In this document: positions 43,179 through 52,180 of the stretch, piece by piece
Numbering within the stretch: position 1 is the stretch's first letter
How the letters are laid out: every line of letters begins with the position of its first letter
Source: an uncultured Gemmatimonadales bacterium
Lineage (GTDB): Bacteria > Gemmatimonadota > Gemmatimonadetes > Gemmatimonadales > GWC2-71-9
DNA: 64,000 nucleotides
Reading direction: 5' to 3'
NCBI GenBank assembly: GCA_963739455.1
Contig: CAVUAK010000001.1
Location: forward strand, 1,088,001 to 1,152,000
Translations under genes and position numbers: made by a program
The notes under the pieces: model-generated
Told to the model about the DNA's origin: nothing
The model's database searches: none
What the model saw: only the letters and a program-made list of their open reading frames with translations

Positions 43179-45205
43179 GCGCGAGCCGGTGGTCGAGGTC
43201 CTCCACGGCGTCGAGGTCGTCGATCCGTATCGCTGGCTCGAGGATGGCGACGCGGATGAGGTGCGCGCGTGGACCGCGGAACAGAACGCGCAGACCGACG
43301 CGTGGCTCGCTGCGGTCCCGGCACGCGCCGCGATCCATCGCCGCCTGCAGCAGCTGCTGGGCATCGGCGTGCTCGGCACGCCCACGCCGGCTCGCGGGCG
43401 GTACCTCTACCAGCGGCGGGAGGGCAGCACCAACCAGCCGGTGCTCTACGTGCGTGACGGCCTCGAGGGCACCGACCGCGTCGCAATCGACCCGAATGCG
43501 CTGTCACGCGAGGGTACCACCGCACTCGACTGGTATCACGTGAGCCCGGATGGCCGGCGACTGGCATACGGCCTCTCCGCCGATGGCAGCGAGCAGAGCG
43601 TGCTGCAGGTGCTCGACCTCGATACCCTCGCACCACTCGCCGATCGCATTCCCCATACGCGCAGTTGCGACCTCGCCTGGCTCCCGGACGGGACGGGCTT
43701 CTACTACACGCGCTATCCGGCACCGGGCTCGGTGCCGGCTGGTGAGGAGCAGTACCATCGCGCCATCTGGTTCCACCGGCTGGGTGACGATCCTGCCGTG
43801 GACCGGCTCGTCTTCACGCCGGCGGAAAAGGAACACTGGCCGGGTGTGGCGCTCTCCGACGACGGGCGCTGGCTGGTGATCGGTGTGGCTCGCACCTTCG
43901 ACGAGACCGATCTCTACCTGCAGGACCTCGCGCCCGGCGGGCAACTCGTGCCGGTCGCGATTGGACAGGCGGCGACGTTCGATTGCCAGGTAGCGCACGG
44001 CGTCATGTACATCCGCACCAACCGGGATGCGCCGACCTTTCGCCTGTACGCCGCCGATCCAACGAGCGCCGACGCGCGACTGGCGCGAGCTCGTCCCTGC
44101 ACGACCCGATGCGGTGCTCTCGAGCGTGGGCGTGACTGCGACCCACCTTGTGCTGGACTATCTCGAGCGTGCAACCGCGCGAGTTCGCCTCGCCGGACTC
44201 GATGGTGGCAGCGTGCGCGAGGTGGCCCTGCCGACGCTTGGAAGCCTCTTCGGCCTGGCGATGGAGCCCGACGGCACCGAAGTGCTGTTCGGGTTCTCGT
44301 CGTTCACCGTGCCGCCAAGCGTGTACCGCCTTGACCCGGCCACGGGTACAACGGCCCTCTGGCGACGAGTCGAGGCCGGCATCGATCCGGAGCGCTTCCG
44401 TGTGAGCCAGGTAGAGTATCCGTCAGCCGACGGCACCAGGATCACGATGTTCCTGGTCCATCGACGCGACATCGACCCCAATGGCTGCCGGCCGACGTTC
44501 CTCACCGGGTATGGCGGCTTCAACATCTCCATGACCCCGGCGTTCTCGCGGTCCATGCTGCTGTGGCTCGAGTCTGGCGGCGTGGTGGCGATACCGAACC
44601 TTCGCGGTGGCGGGGAGTACGGCGAGTCCTGGCACCAGGATGGCATGCTGGGACGGAAGCAGAACACCTTCGACGATTTCATCGCCGCGGCAGAGTGGCT
44701 CATCGCCTCGGGGTGGACCAGTGCGGCACAACTCGCCGCCCAGGGCGGGTCGAACGGCGGCCTGCTCATGGGCGCCGTCCTGACCCAGCGGCCGGACCTG
44801 TTCCGGGCCGTCGTCGTTCAGGTTCCCCTGCTCGACATGCTGCGCTATCATCGATTCCTGATCGCGCGGCTGTGGATCCCGGAATACGGCTCGGCCGATG
44901 ATCCGGAGCAGTTCCGCTGGCTGGCCGCATACTCGCCGTACCACCGTGTGCAGGACGGCGTCTCATACCCGGCGATCATGATTGCCACGGCGGAAAGTGA
45001 CACGCGCGTTGATCCGTTGCATGCGCGCAAGATGACGGCCAGGCTGCAGGAGGCGACGTCGTCCGGGCTTCCGGTCCTGCTGCGGCTGGAGTCGCGAGCA
45101 GGACACGGGGCGGGGAAGCCACTGGCGAAGGTGCTCGACGAGTTGACCGACACGTGGACATTCATCTGGCGCGAGCTCGGGCTCGCCGCCCCGGAGGATC
45201 GATGA
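43168..45205 (+). CDS. Prolyl oligopeptidase (S9A); frameshift near 44070
   Basis: DPYRWLED, GYGGFN, GGSNGGL, DTRV and AGHG motifs. Confidence 0.93.
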
Positions 45206-45735
45206 CCGACGCGGTCGCAGGCACCAATCGTGGCGTGGCGGGGCAGGGCCTGGCGGTGATTCGCGTCCTGGTGGGCTTCTGGTTCGCGAAGGCCCTGTAC
45301 ACCAAGCTTGCCCTGCTGGGAGGAGTTGTTCCGCTGCCGTTCGCATCCGATCGCTGGATCGAGATGATGCCGAAGATCGTCGCAAAGCAGATGGCCGAGA
45401 ATCCGAACCTGTCCTACAAGGCATTCGTGGAAGGAACGGTGCTGACGAACGTACCACTCTTCGCCAACCTGACGGCGATCGGTGAGGCAGTGGCGGGAAC
45501 GCTGCTGGTGCTGGGGCTGTTCAACGGTGTCGGCGCCGTCACGGCGCTCCTGCTCACGCTCAACTACGGCACGGCCACCTGGCACATCTCACCAGCCAAC
45601 CAGGGATTTCACTGGACGCTGGGTGCCGCACTCCTCGGCATCCTGTGGGGCCGGGCCGGGATGACGTGGGGCCTGGATGGGTGGCTCGCCAGCCGGAAGG
45701 CAGGATGGTGGGGCAGCAAGCGTCCCTGGAGCTGA
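45202..45735 (+). CDS. DoxX/DoxD-like membrane protein
   Basis: RVLVGFWF..K, GEAVAG..LVLGLF and AG..WGLD motifs; ATGA overlap with the peptidase. Confidence 0.75.
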   Translation: MTDAVAGTNRGVAGQGLAVIRVLVGFWFAKALYTKLALLGGVVPLPFASDRWIEMMPKIVAKQMAENPNLSYKAFVEGTVLTNVPLFANLTAIGEAVAGTLLVLGLFNGVGAVTALLLTLNYGTATWHISPANQGFHWTLGAALLGILWGRAGMTWGLDGWLASRKAGWWGSKRPWS

Positions 45736-45739
45736 AGCT

Positions 45740-46303
45740 TCAGTACGGTCCGCGGCTCATGTGGCTCGCGCCGGCCGAACCCATGACCTCGCAGAAGGCG
45801 TCGGTTTCCGAATAAAGGACGCAGAACATGCCGTCCACCTGCCAGCGTTGCCACCACAGGAACATGATGCCGCGGTCGGCCCCGGAAAAATTCGGGTAGG
45901 GGTGCTCGCCATCGTATCGCGCGATGTGCGTGTGTACGGTGCCCATCCAGTTCGGTGGTCCGCAGGCATCGATCGAGCCCTGCGCCGAGACCCCGAGTGA
46001 ATCGGCATTCCCGCCCTCCAGCAGCATGACCCGCGTCACCCGCACGCTGTCCTCGCGGACCTCGCCAGCAATGCATGCAACATGTTCCCGCTTCTCCGCC
46101 GCGCTCTCGCTCCACAGGCGCCGGAGCAGGCCGCTGGCGTCGGCGCCGAAGCTGAAGCGTGCCGGGAGCTTCTGGAAGTCGGACTTGGGAACCGGGGGCA
46201 TCTGGTTCCCGCGCGGCTGCTGGTAGCCGGGCGCCGAGTCCTGGCCAGCGACGGCGGACACGGTGCCGAAGACCAGGAGGAGCAGGATGCCTGAACGACG
46301 CAG
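45740..46303 (-). CDS. Hypothetical exported protein with JAB/MPN (JAMM)-like motif; start uncertain
   Basis: In-frame signal-like RRSGILLLLVFGTVSAVAG upstream of the track ORF; REHVAC...GTVHTH...FSGAD. Confidence 0.6.
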   Translation of the reverse strand: MRRSGILLLLVFGTVSAVAGQDSAPGYQQPRGNQMPPVPKSDFQKLPARFSFGADASGLLRRLWSESAAEKREHVACIAGEVREDSVRVTRVMLLEGGNADSLGVSAQGSIDACGPPNWMGTVHTHIARYDGEHPYPNFSGADRGIMFLWWQRWQVDGMFCVLYSETDAFCEVMGSAGASHMSRGPY

Positions 46304-46365
46304 GGTAACCTCGCAGGAGCAGACTCCTGAAGGTTACCCTGTTTTCGTCCGGGTGGCCCGGCGCG

Positions 46366-47443
46366 TCAGGGGGCGGCGCCGATCGCGACGCCCCACGGCA
46401 CGCTTCCGACCGGGATGGTCTTTACGACCGTGAACGTCGCGAGGTCGATGACACTGACGTCGTTGGACGGACCGTTGGCGCTGTAGAGCTTGTTCCCGTC
46501 CTTCGAAAGCGCAATGCCCCACGGCCGCTTGCCCACGGCAACGGACTGCGAGACCTGGTTGGTCGCCACGTCAATGGCGCTCACCGTGCCACCCCGCCCG
46601 TTGCTCACGTAGAGGCGCTTCCCATCGGGTGCCGCCAGGATGGTCATCGGCTTGGAGCCCTCGGGCATCGTGATGGTTCCCGTCACCTTCTTCGTTGCGA
46701 CGTCGATCACCGAGACGGTGCCCGCACCCTCGTTCGCCGAGTAGGCCTTCGAGCCATCGGGCAGGAACGCAACGGTGCGGGGCCGCAAGCCTACGACCAC
46801 CCGACCGAGCAGCTTCCCCGATTCGGCGTCGAGGATCGTGATGTCATGATCGGTCTCGCCGCTTACCCAGACCGACTTGCCGTCGGGCGTGAGCGTGACG
46901 CCCTCGGGTTCCTTTCCAGTCGGCACCGTCGCGAGGATCTTCCCGGTGGCGATGTCGACGATGGATGCCACGCCCGCGTCTTCGTTCGAGACGTAGAGTC
47001 TTCGAGTCGTCGGCGGACAGGGTGAACGTCTCCGGGTCGGATCCACCCGGGAGCACGCGGCTCACCGTCCGGCTTGCGGCATCGACCACCGCCACCCCGT
47101 CCTTCGTCTTGTCGGAGCCGAGCTTTTCGCAGTCCTCGTCGGACATCGCCGGCGGGCACTTGGGCGAGCCGGTGAGTGCGACGAACACCTGCTTGCCGTC
47201 GCGGCTTGTCTTCACTCCACGGGGTCGGGTCCCAACGGGAATGGTGCCGATGACCGAGTCGTTGTCGACGTTGATGATGGTGAGGTCGTGCGAGTCCTCG
47301 TTGGTGACGTAGGCATACGCCGAGGGTGGCGGCGGCGGTGGCGGCGTTGCGGGGGTCGGTTGCGGCTTCTCGCCACACCCGAGGCCAAGGATGGTGCTGG
47401 CGGCGACAATGGCGCGGTAGCGCGCCGGGCGAGAATTCCTCAT
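46366..47443 (-). CDS. YVTN-type beta-propeller lipoprotein (PQQ-catabolism-associated type); frameshift near 47000
   Basis: LGLGC lipobox; repeats AYVTNEDS, LYVSNED, LYVSNG and LYSANG with VG.RP.G spacers. Confidence 0.85.
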
Positions 47444-47485
47444 GCTCTCCTTACGTCCCTGACGTCGGTTGTCACGATGCCGGTG

Positions 47486-48283
47486 CTACGGTGCGCTGAA
47501 TGTGGCCTTGTCGACGTTCCGGGCCTCGTCGAGGCCCTTCATCTGGTCGCGCCCCGTGATGCCGACGAAGATGGCCCCATCGACGTTGGACTTGTTGAAC
47601 TCCGCCCCGGTGACATCGGCGCCGGTGAAATCGGTGCTGGCCAGGTCGGCGTTCTGGAGGTTCGCGTTGACGAGCTTCGCCTTCCGCAGGGAAGCGAAGG
47701 AGAAATCGGCCTTGAAGAGGTTGGCGCCGGTGAAGTCGGCGCCTGTCAGGTCAGCGCTGACGAACTGCGCCCGCATGACGCCCATCGACTGGTTGCCGGG
47801 ATCGGCGCCGATGTTGGCATTGGCGAGGTTGGCGTCAACGAGAGTGGCGCCGCGCAGGTAGCCGATGATCCGCGTATCGCGCAGGTCGGCGCCATTGAGG
47901 TTGGCTTTCTCGATGATCGTGGCGAAGAGGCTCGCGCCGCGCAGGTCGGCCTTCGAGAGGTTGGCACGCCTGAGCGTGGTGCCGTCGAGGTTGGCCTTCT
48001 TCAGGTCGGCGCCCTCGAGCACGGCGTCGGTGAGGTCACAACTGAAGAAGTCGGAGCCCGCGAGCTTCGCCCCGGAGAAATTCGTGCCGGTGAGGATGGC
48101 GCGCTTGAAGTCGACGCCCTCGAGCACGATACCACTGAGGTCGGCGCCGGCGAGGTTGGCCGGCGCAGCATCAGTGGACTGCGCGAGACGCTCGGTGACC
48201 TGTGCGTTGGTGAGGCGCGGGGCCTGGGCAGTGGCCGCACTGGTGAGGGCCAGGAACGCGGCAGCCGCCACGGCGCCCCGCAT
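47486..48283 (-). CDS. Exported pentapeptide repeat protein
   Basis: Signal peptide ending ATA-Q followed by many A(D/N)LxG/xANL repeats. Confidence 0.9.
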   Translation of the reverse strand: MRGAVAAAAFLALTSAATAQAPRLTNAQVTERLAQSTDAAPANLAGADLSGIVLEGVDFKRAILTGTNFSGAKLAGSDFFSCDLTDAVLEGADLKKANLDGTTLRRANLSKADLRGASLFATIIEKANLNGADLRDTRIIGYLRGATLVDANLANANIGADPGNQSMGVMRAQFVSADLTGADFTGANLFKADFSFASLRKAKLVNANLQNADLASTDFTGADVTGAEFNKSNVDGAIFVGITGRDQMKGLDEARNVDKATFSAP

Positions 48284-48291
48284 GATGTGGC

Positions 48292-48765
48292 TCAGCCGTC
48301 GGCCTTGGCGGCCGGCCTGCCCGCCGCGACCTTGCCATCGGCGCGAAGCTTCAGGTAGACGTAGATGTTCTGGATCTTGTCCATTTCGAGGCCGAGCTGG
48401 CACCACGAGGGCATGCCCTTGTCGGGGCGCCCCTGGCACACGACCGTGATGAACGCCGCCTGGTCGGGAATGGTGCCACCGTCCTTGAGCGACACGATCA
48501 GCGCCGGCGCGAAGGAGGTGCCGACACCGTACTCGCCATGGCATCGGGAGCAGTTGAGCTCGAACTGCTTCCATCCCTGATAGGCGTTCTGGGGAATCGT
48601 GTCCCGGTGGCCCGCCTCGGTCGACTTGATGTAGGCGTTCCAGTTGACACTGTCCTGCGCCTCTGCGCGGACGGTGCCGATGATCGTGAGGGCCGCGATC
48701 ACGGCGATGGCGCGGGCGGCAAGGCGAATCGGCGAGCTGGTCATGCGGCTGACAGATCCTTTCAT
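48292..48765 (-). CDS. xoxG: Cytochrome c, probable XoxG-type electron acceptor
   Basis: Signal peptide, CSRCH, AP.L, GMP (Met ligand) and two extra Cys; directly follows xoxJ. Confidence 0.75.
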   Translation of the reverse strand: MKGSVSRMTSSPIRLAARAIAVIAALTIIGTVRAEAQDSVNWNAYIKSTEAGHRDTIPQNAYQGWKQFELNCSRCHGEYGVGTSFAPALIVSLKDGGTIPDQAAFITVVCQGRPDKGMPSWCQLGLEMDKIQNIYVYLKLRADGKVAAGRPAAKADG

Positions 48766-48769
48766 GGGT

Positions 48770-49630
48770 TCAATTGCCCTTTGCCGCGGGCGGCCCCGCG
48801 ACCTCCAGGGGCAGCAGCGGCACATTGTAGCTTTGCAAGATCTTCACCATGTCTCCACCGCGCGTGTCGATCACGGCCTGGAGACTGTCGCGGAACTTGG
48901 TGTCCCGCCGGCGGACACCCATTCCCATGCTGTAGACGAAGGGAATCCCCTGCACGGTGTCCTCGGCGACCCGCTGCATGACGAGTGGCACCTTGCTCTG
49001 CTGGACGAAGTACCCCGCGATCGGGCCCCACACAATCGCGACGTCGATGCTGTCCCCGAGGGCCTTGAAGATGTCGTCGGGGCGGTAGATGTCACTGTAG
49101 TTGGTCGGGAAGCCGACCAGGTTGCCCACCACACCGAACGAGCTCATGGCCATGGCCGGTGGGGTATTCTCGGCGTCCGAGTTGAGAATGTGCACCCCGA
49201 TGCGCAGGTGGCGGAAGGTGGTGTCCGCCAGCGACGAGAGATTGAGCCCGCTGTCCTTGCGGTACACGATGAAGTAGCCGGACCGGAAGTAGGGGCCGGT
49301 GACGCCGGCGATGTCGAGGCCGCTCGGTGCAGTGATGGCGACGTCGCAGTAACGGCCATTGAGCGCCCGGCTGAAGAACCCGCGCCGCACCGGCCACCAG
49401 GCGTACTCCACGCGCCATCCCCAGGTCTGCGCGATCAATTCTGCGATCTTGATCTCGTACCCCTCACCGGCCTGGTTGGAGGCAGGAAGGTTGTCGGGGT
49501 CGGCACACACGCGAAGCACTCCGGCTTCCCGGCCGGCCTTGAGCTGTGTGCTGTGCAGGGAGTCTTCCTGCGCGGCGGCGCTGCTGGCCGTGATGGCTAT
49601 GGCGACTAGGGTGACGATGCCGGTGCGCAT
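48770..49630 (-). CDS. xoxJ: MxaJ/XoxJ-type periplasmic binding protein
   Basis: LRVCADPDNLP, GYEIKIAELIA, GFF...L..CD, DVAIVWGPIAGYF and MGVRR motifs. Confidence 0.9.
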   Translation of the reverse strand: MRTGIVTLVAIAITASSAAAQEDSLHSTQLKAGREAGVLRVCADPDNLPASNQAGEGYEIKIAELIAQTWGWRVEYAWWPVRRGFFSRALNGRYCDVAITAPSGLDIAGVTGPYFRSGYFIVYRKDSGLNLSSLADTTFRHLRIGVHILNSDAENTPPAMAMSSFGVVGNLVGFPTNYSDIYRPDDIFKALGDSIDVAIVWGPIAGYFVQQSKVPLVMQRVAEDTVQGIPFVYSMGMGVRRRDTKFRDSLQAVIDTRGGDMVKILQSYNVPLLPLEVAGPPAAKGN

Positions 49631-49687
49631 GGAGCCCGACTCCTTGAGCGGCCAGGCGGAAGGTGCCCGGCGCGAGTAGGCAATAAT

Positions 49688-49794
49688 AACGAAGGCGCGG
49701 ACTGTTGGGGCAATGATACCCCGCAGCCGGCGCCTTCGTTTTGAAGCCTGTCAGACTGCACCGTGGGAGCCCGGCCGAAGCCGGACTCTCACGG
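49688..49794 (-). terminator. Two tandem hairpins between xoxF and xoxJ
   Basis: A 15-bp stem with C(UUCG)G loop (49761-49794), then AACGAAGGCGC...GCGCCTTCGTT (49688-49740) followed by ATTATT on the minus strand. Confidence 0.6.
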
Positions 49795-49803
49795 ATGGAG
49801 CAT

Positions 49804-51648
49804 TTAGAGCGAGAACACGGTCAGCACGCCGCCCTGCGTCGAGAACTGCGCGGCGTCGCCGAAGGCGCCGAGCGCGCCGAGACCGGCGGTCGGATCTTCA
49901 GCGCCGATGCCCGCGGCCACGCCGATGCCAGCCCAGCCACCGATGCCCGAGAGCACGGCGACATACTGCTTGCCATCAGGCGCAACGTAGGTCATCGGGT
50001 TGCCGATGATGCCCGACGGGGTCTTGAACTGCCAGAGGACCTTGCCGGACTTCTGATCGACAGCCTTGAGCCAGCCTTCCATGGTGCCGTAGAAGGCGAT
50101 GCCGCCGGCGGTGGTCAGTGCGCCACCGTAGGCTGCGAGCGGCTCCTTGATCTCCCACACCGTGGACGCCGCGCGGTCCTTACCGGCCGTCGGATCCCAA
50201 GCGAGGAACCGGCCACGGAACCCGCCCGGGCCAGGGAACATGCGGACGATCGCGCCAACGTACGGCTGACCGGCCGTGTACTTCACCTCTACGCCCTCGT
50301 AGTCCATGCAGATGTGGTTCGTGGGGACGTAGAACAGGCCGGTGATCGGCGAGTACGCAGCAGGCTGCTGGTCCTTGAAGCCGATTGCGGCCGGGCAGAT
50401 GCCCTCGGTGTTCTTCTTCGCGGTGGTACCAAACCGCGGATCCTTCTGCGGGATACCAGTCGCCAGGTCGACCTTGGTCGCCCAGTTGACCGGGCCGTAG
50501 GGCTCGGCCTTCGTGAGCTTGCCGTTGGTGCGGTCGATCGTGTAGGCGAAGCCGTTACGGTCGAAGTGCTGGAGCAGCTTCTGACCGCCCTTGTCGAACA
50601 GGATGTTCTCGTTGACGCCGTCGTAATCCCACTCGTCGTGCGGCGTCATCTGGTAGGCCCAGGCCACCGTACCATCAGCCGGGTGGCGCGCGAAAATGGT
50701 CATGGACCACTTGTTGTCGCCAGGCCGCTGGTCGGGGTTCCACGAGCCCGGGTTACCCACGCTGTAGTAGAAGAGGTCGAGCTCTGGGTCGTAGGAGTAC
50801 CAGCCCCAGGTCGTGCCGCCGCCGATCTTCCACTCGTTGCCCGTCCACGTGGTAACGCCGAGGTCCTTGCCCTTGTGCGAGGCATAGTTGGCGTTGCCGA
50901 CACCGTTCACGATGCCGACTTCGTCATCCGGACCGGTGCTGTACTTGGTCCAAATGTTCTTGCCGGTGTTCACGTCGAACGCGGTCACGCGACCACGGAC
51001 GCCGAACTCACCGCCAGAGATGCCGGCCATGACCATGTCCTTGATCACGATCGGGGCGTTCGTCATCGTGGCGCCCTGCTTGTAGCCGTTCGCCTCGACG
51101 CCGGCGTTGGACTTATCCGGGTGCTTCGACTTCCAGAGTTCCTTGCCCGTCTTCGCATCAAGAGCCAGCAGCTCGCCCTGCAGCAGCTGAATGAAGATCT
51201 TGCCGCTCTTGTGGTAGGCGGTGCCACGGTTCACCAGGTCGCAGCACGCGATAGGAATCGCGTCCGGGGACTGGTTCGGCGTGTACTGCCAGATGATCGG
51301 CGCGCCCGGCTTGGAAAGATCAAGCGCGTAGACCTTGTTCGGGAACGAGGTGTGCACGTACATCACGTTCCCGATGACGAGCGGGTTGCCCTCGTGACCG
51401 CGAAGGGTGCCGGTGGAGAAGCTCCAGGCCGCCTTCAGGTTTGCCACGTTGGCAGTCGTGATCTGCTTGAGCGGGCTGAACCGCGACAAGCCGTAATCAC
51501 GGCCCGTCATGACCCACTCGCCCTCAGCGGCGCCATAGGTCCACGCCCCTGTGCGGGCCGCCGCCTGGGCGTTGGCGGACGCGACGGCGAAAACGAGCAT
51601 GCTCGCCGCAATACCGCCAGATATCACCTTCTGGCTTCTACGGTTCAT
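49804..51648 (-). CDS. xoxF: Lanthanide-dependent PQQ methanol dehydrogenase
   Basis: Signal peptide, STGTLRGHEG, ACCDLVNRG, ISGGEFGVRG, GNPG, RPGDNKWSMT, HDEWDYDGVNE (extra Ln-binding Asp) and GIGGWAG; GAAGAGG RBS; no mxaI present. Confidence 0.93.
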   Translation of the reverse strand: MNRRSQKVISGGIAASMLVFAVASANAQAAARTGAWTYGAAEGEWVMTGRDYGLSRFSPLKQITTANVANLKAAWSFSTGTLRGHEGNPLVIGNVMYVHTSFPNKVYALDLSKPGAPIIWQYTPNQSPDAIPIACCDLVNRGTAYHKSGKIFIQLLQGELLALDAKTGKELWKSKHPDKSNAGVEANGYKQGATMTNAPIVIKDMVMAGISGGEFGVRGRVTAFDVNTGKNIWTKYSTGPDDEVGIVNGVGNANYASHKGKDLGVTTWTGNEWKIGGGTTWGWYSYDPELDLFYYSVGNPGSWNPDQRPGDNKWSMTIFARHPADGTVAWAYQMTPHDEWDYDGVNENILFDKGGQKLLQHFDRNGFAYTIDRTNGKLTKAEPYGPVNWATKVDLATGIPQKDPRFGTTAKKNTEGICPAAIGFKDQQPAAYSPITGLFYVPTNHICMDYEGVEVKYTAGQPYVGAIVRMFPGPGGFRGRFLAWDPTAGKDRAASTVWEIKEPLAAYGGALTTAGGIAFYGTMEGWLKAVDQKSGKVLWQFKTPSGIIGNPMTYVAPDGKQYVAVLSGIGGWAGIGVAAGIGAEDPTAGLGALGAFGDAAQFSTQGGVLTVFSL

Positions 51649-52002
51649 ACTGACCTCTTCATAAAGGGTGACTTCCACTGCACCACCGCACTGCGGGACC
51701 GACACCGCGCATCCGGACGGACGCGCGGTGAGACTGTAACCGCGCGCGACGAAGCCGCGCGGTGCATGTGACGGGAACTGGCGTTCAGCGTATGAAGGAC
51801 ATCGCTCGCGCTGGAGTGGGTCGGCGAGCCGGGCAACTGGGGGGCGGAACAATCGAGAAGGGTATTCGTATTGGGATCGGCGCACCGCCAGCGCATGGAG
51901 CGCCATGACGAGATCCCGCGCCAAGCAGGACGCCGGCGATTCAGGGACCGAATATTTGATGGATTCGTCATGAGAGTGCCTGGTTGTGCCATGATCCTCT
52001 AC

Positions 52003-52030
52003 AGGATACGCCCCCACCAGCCGATGTCAA
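52003..52030 (-). promoter_or_regulatory. Sigma70-like promoter for the xox operon
   Basis: TTGACA-16 nt-TATCCT on the minus strand, about 350 nt upstream of xoxF. Confidence 0.55.
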
Positions 52031-52180
52031 CAACCGGTGCGGATTGCCCCTAAGTCGGGCGCTGCCAAATGCCTAACGCTTCGATTCCCGTAACGTGAGC
52101 GTGGAGGCCGACCGTACGCCCTGAGATGTTTCGGAGGTTGCATCCTGAGGCGCCTAGAATACGGCGTGAACCCGGTGCTG

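Noticed and set aside
47486..48283. 15-bp periodic DNA resembling a repeat array or CRISPR
   Set aside because: Explained by pentapeptide coding repeats; there are no identical repeats with unique spacers and no cas genes.
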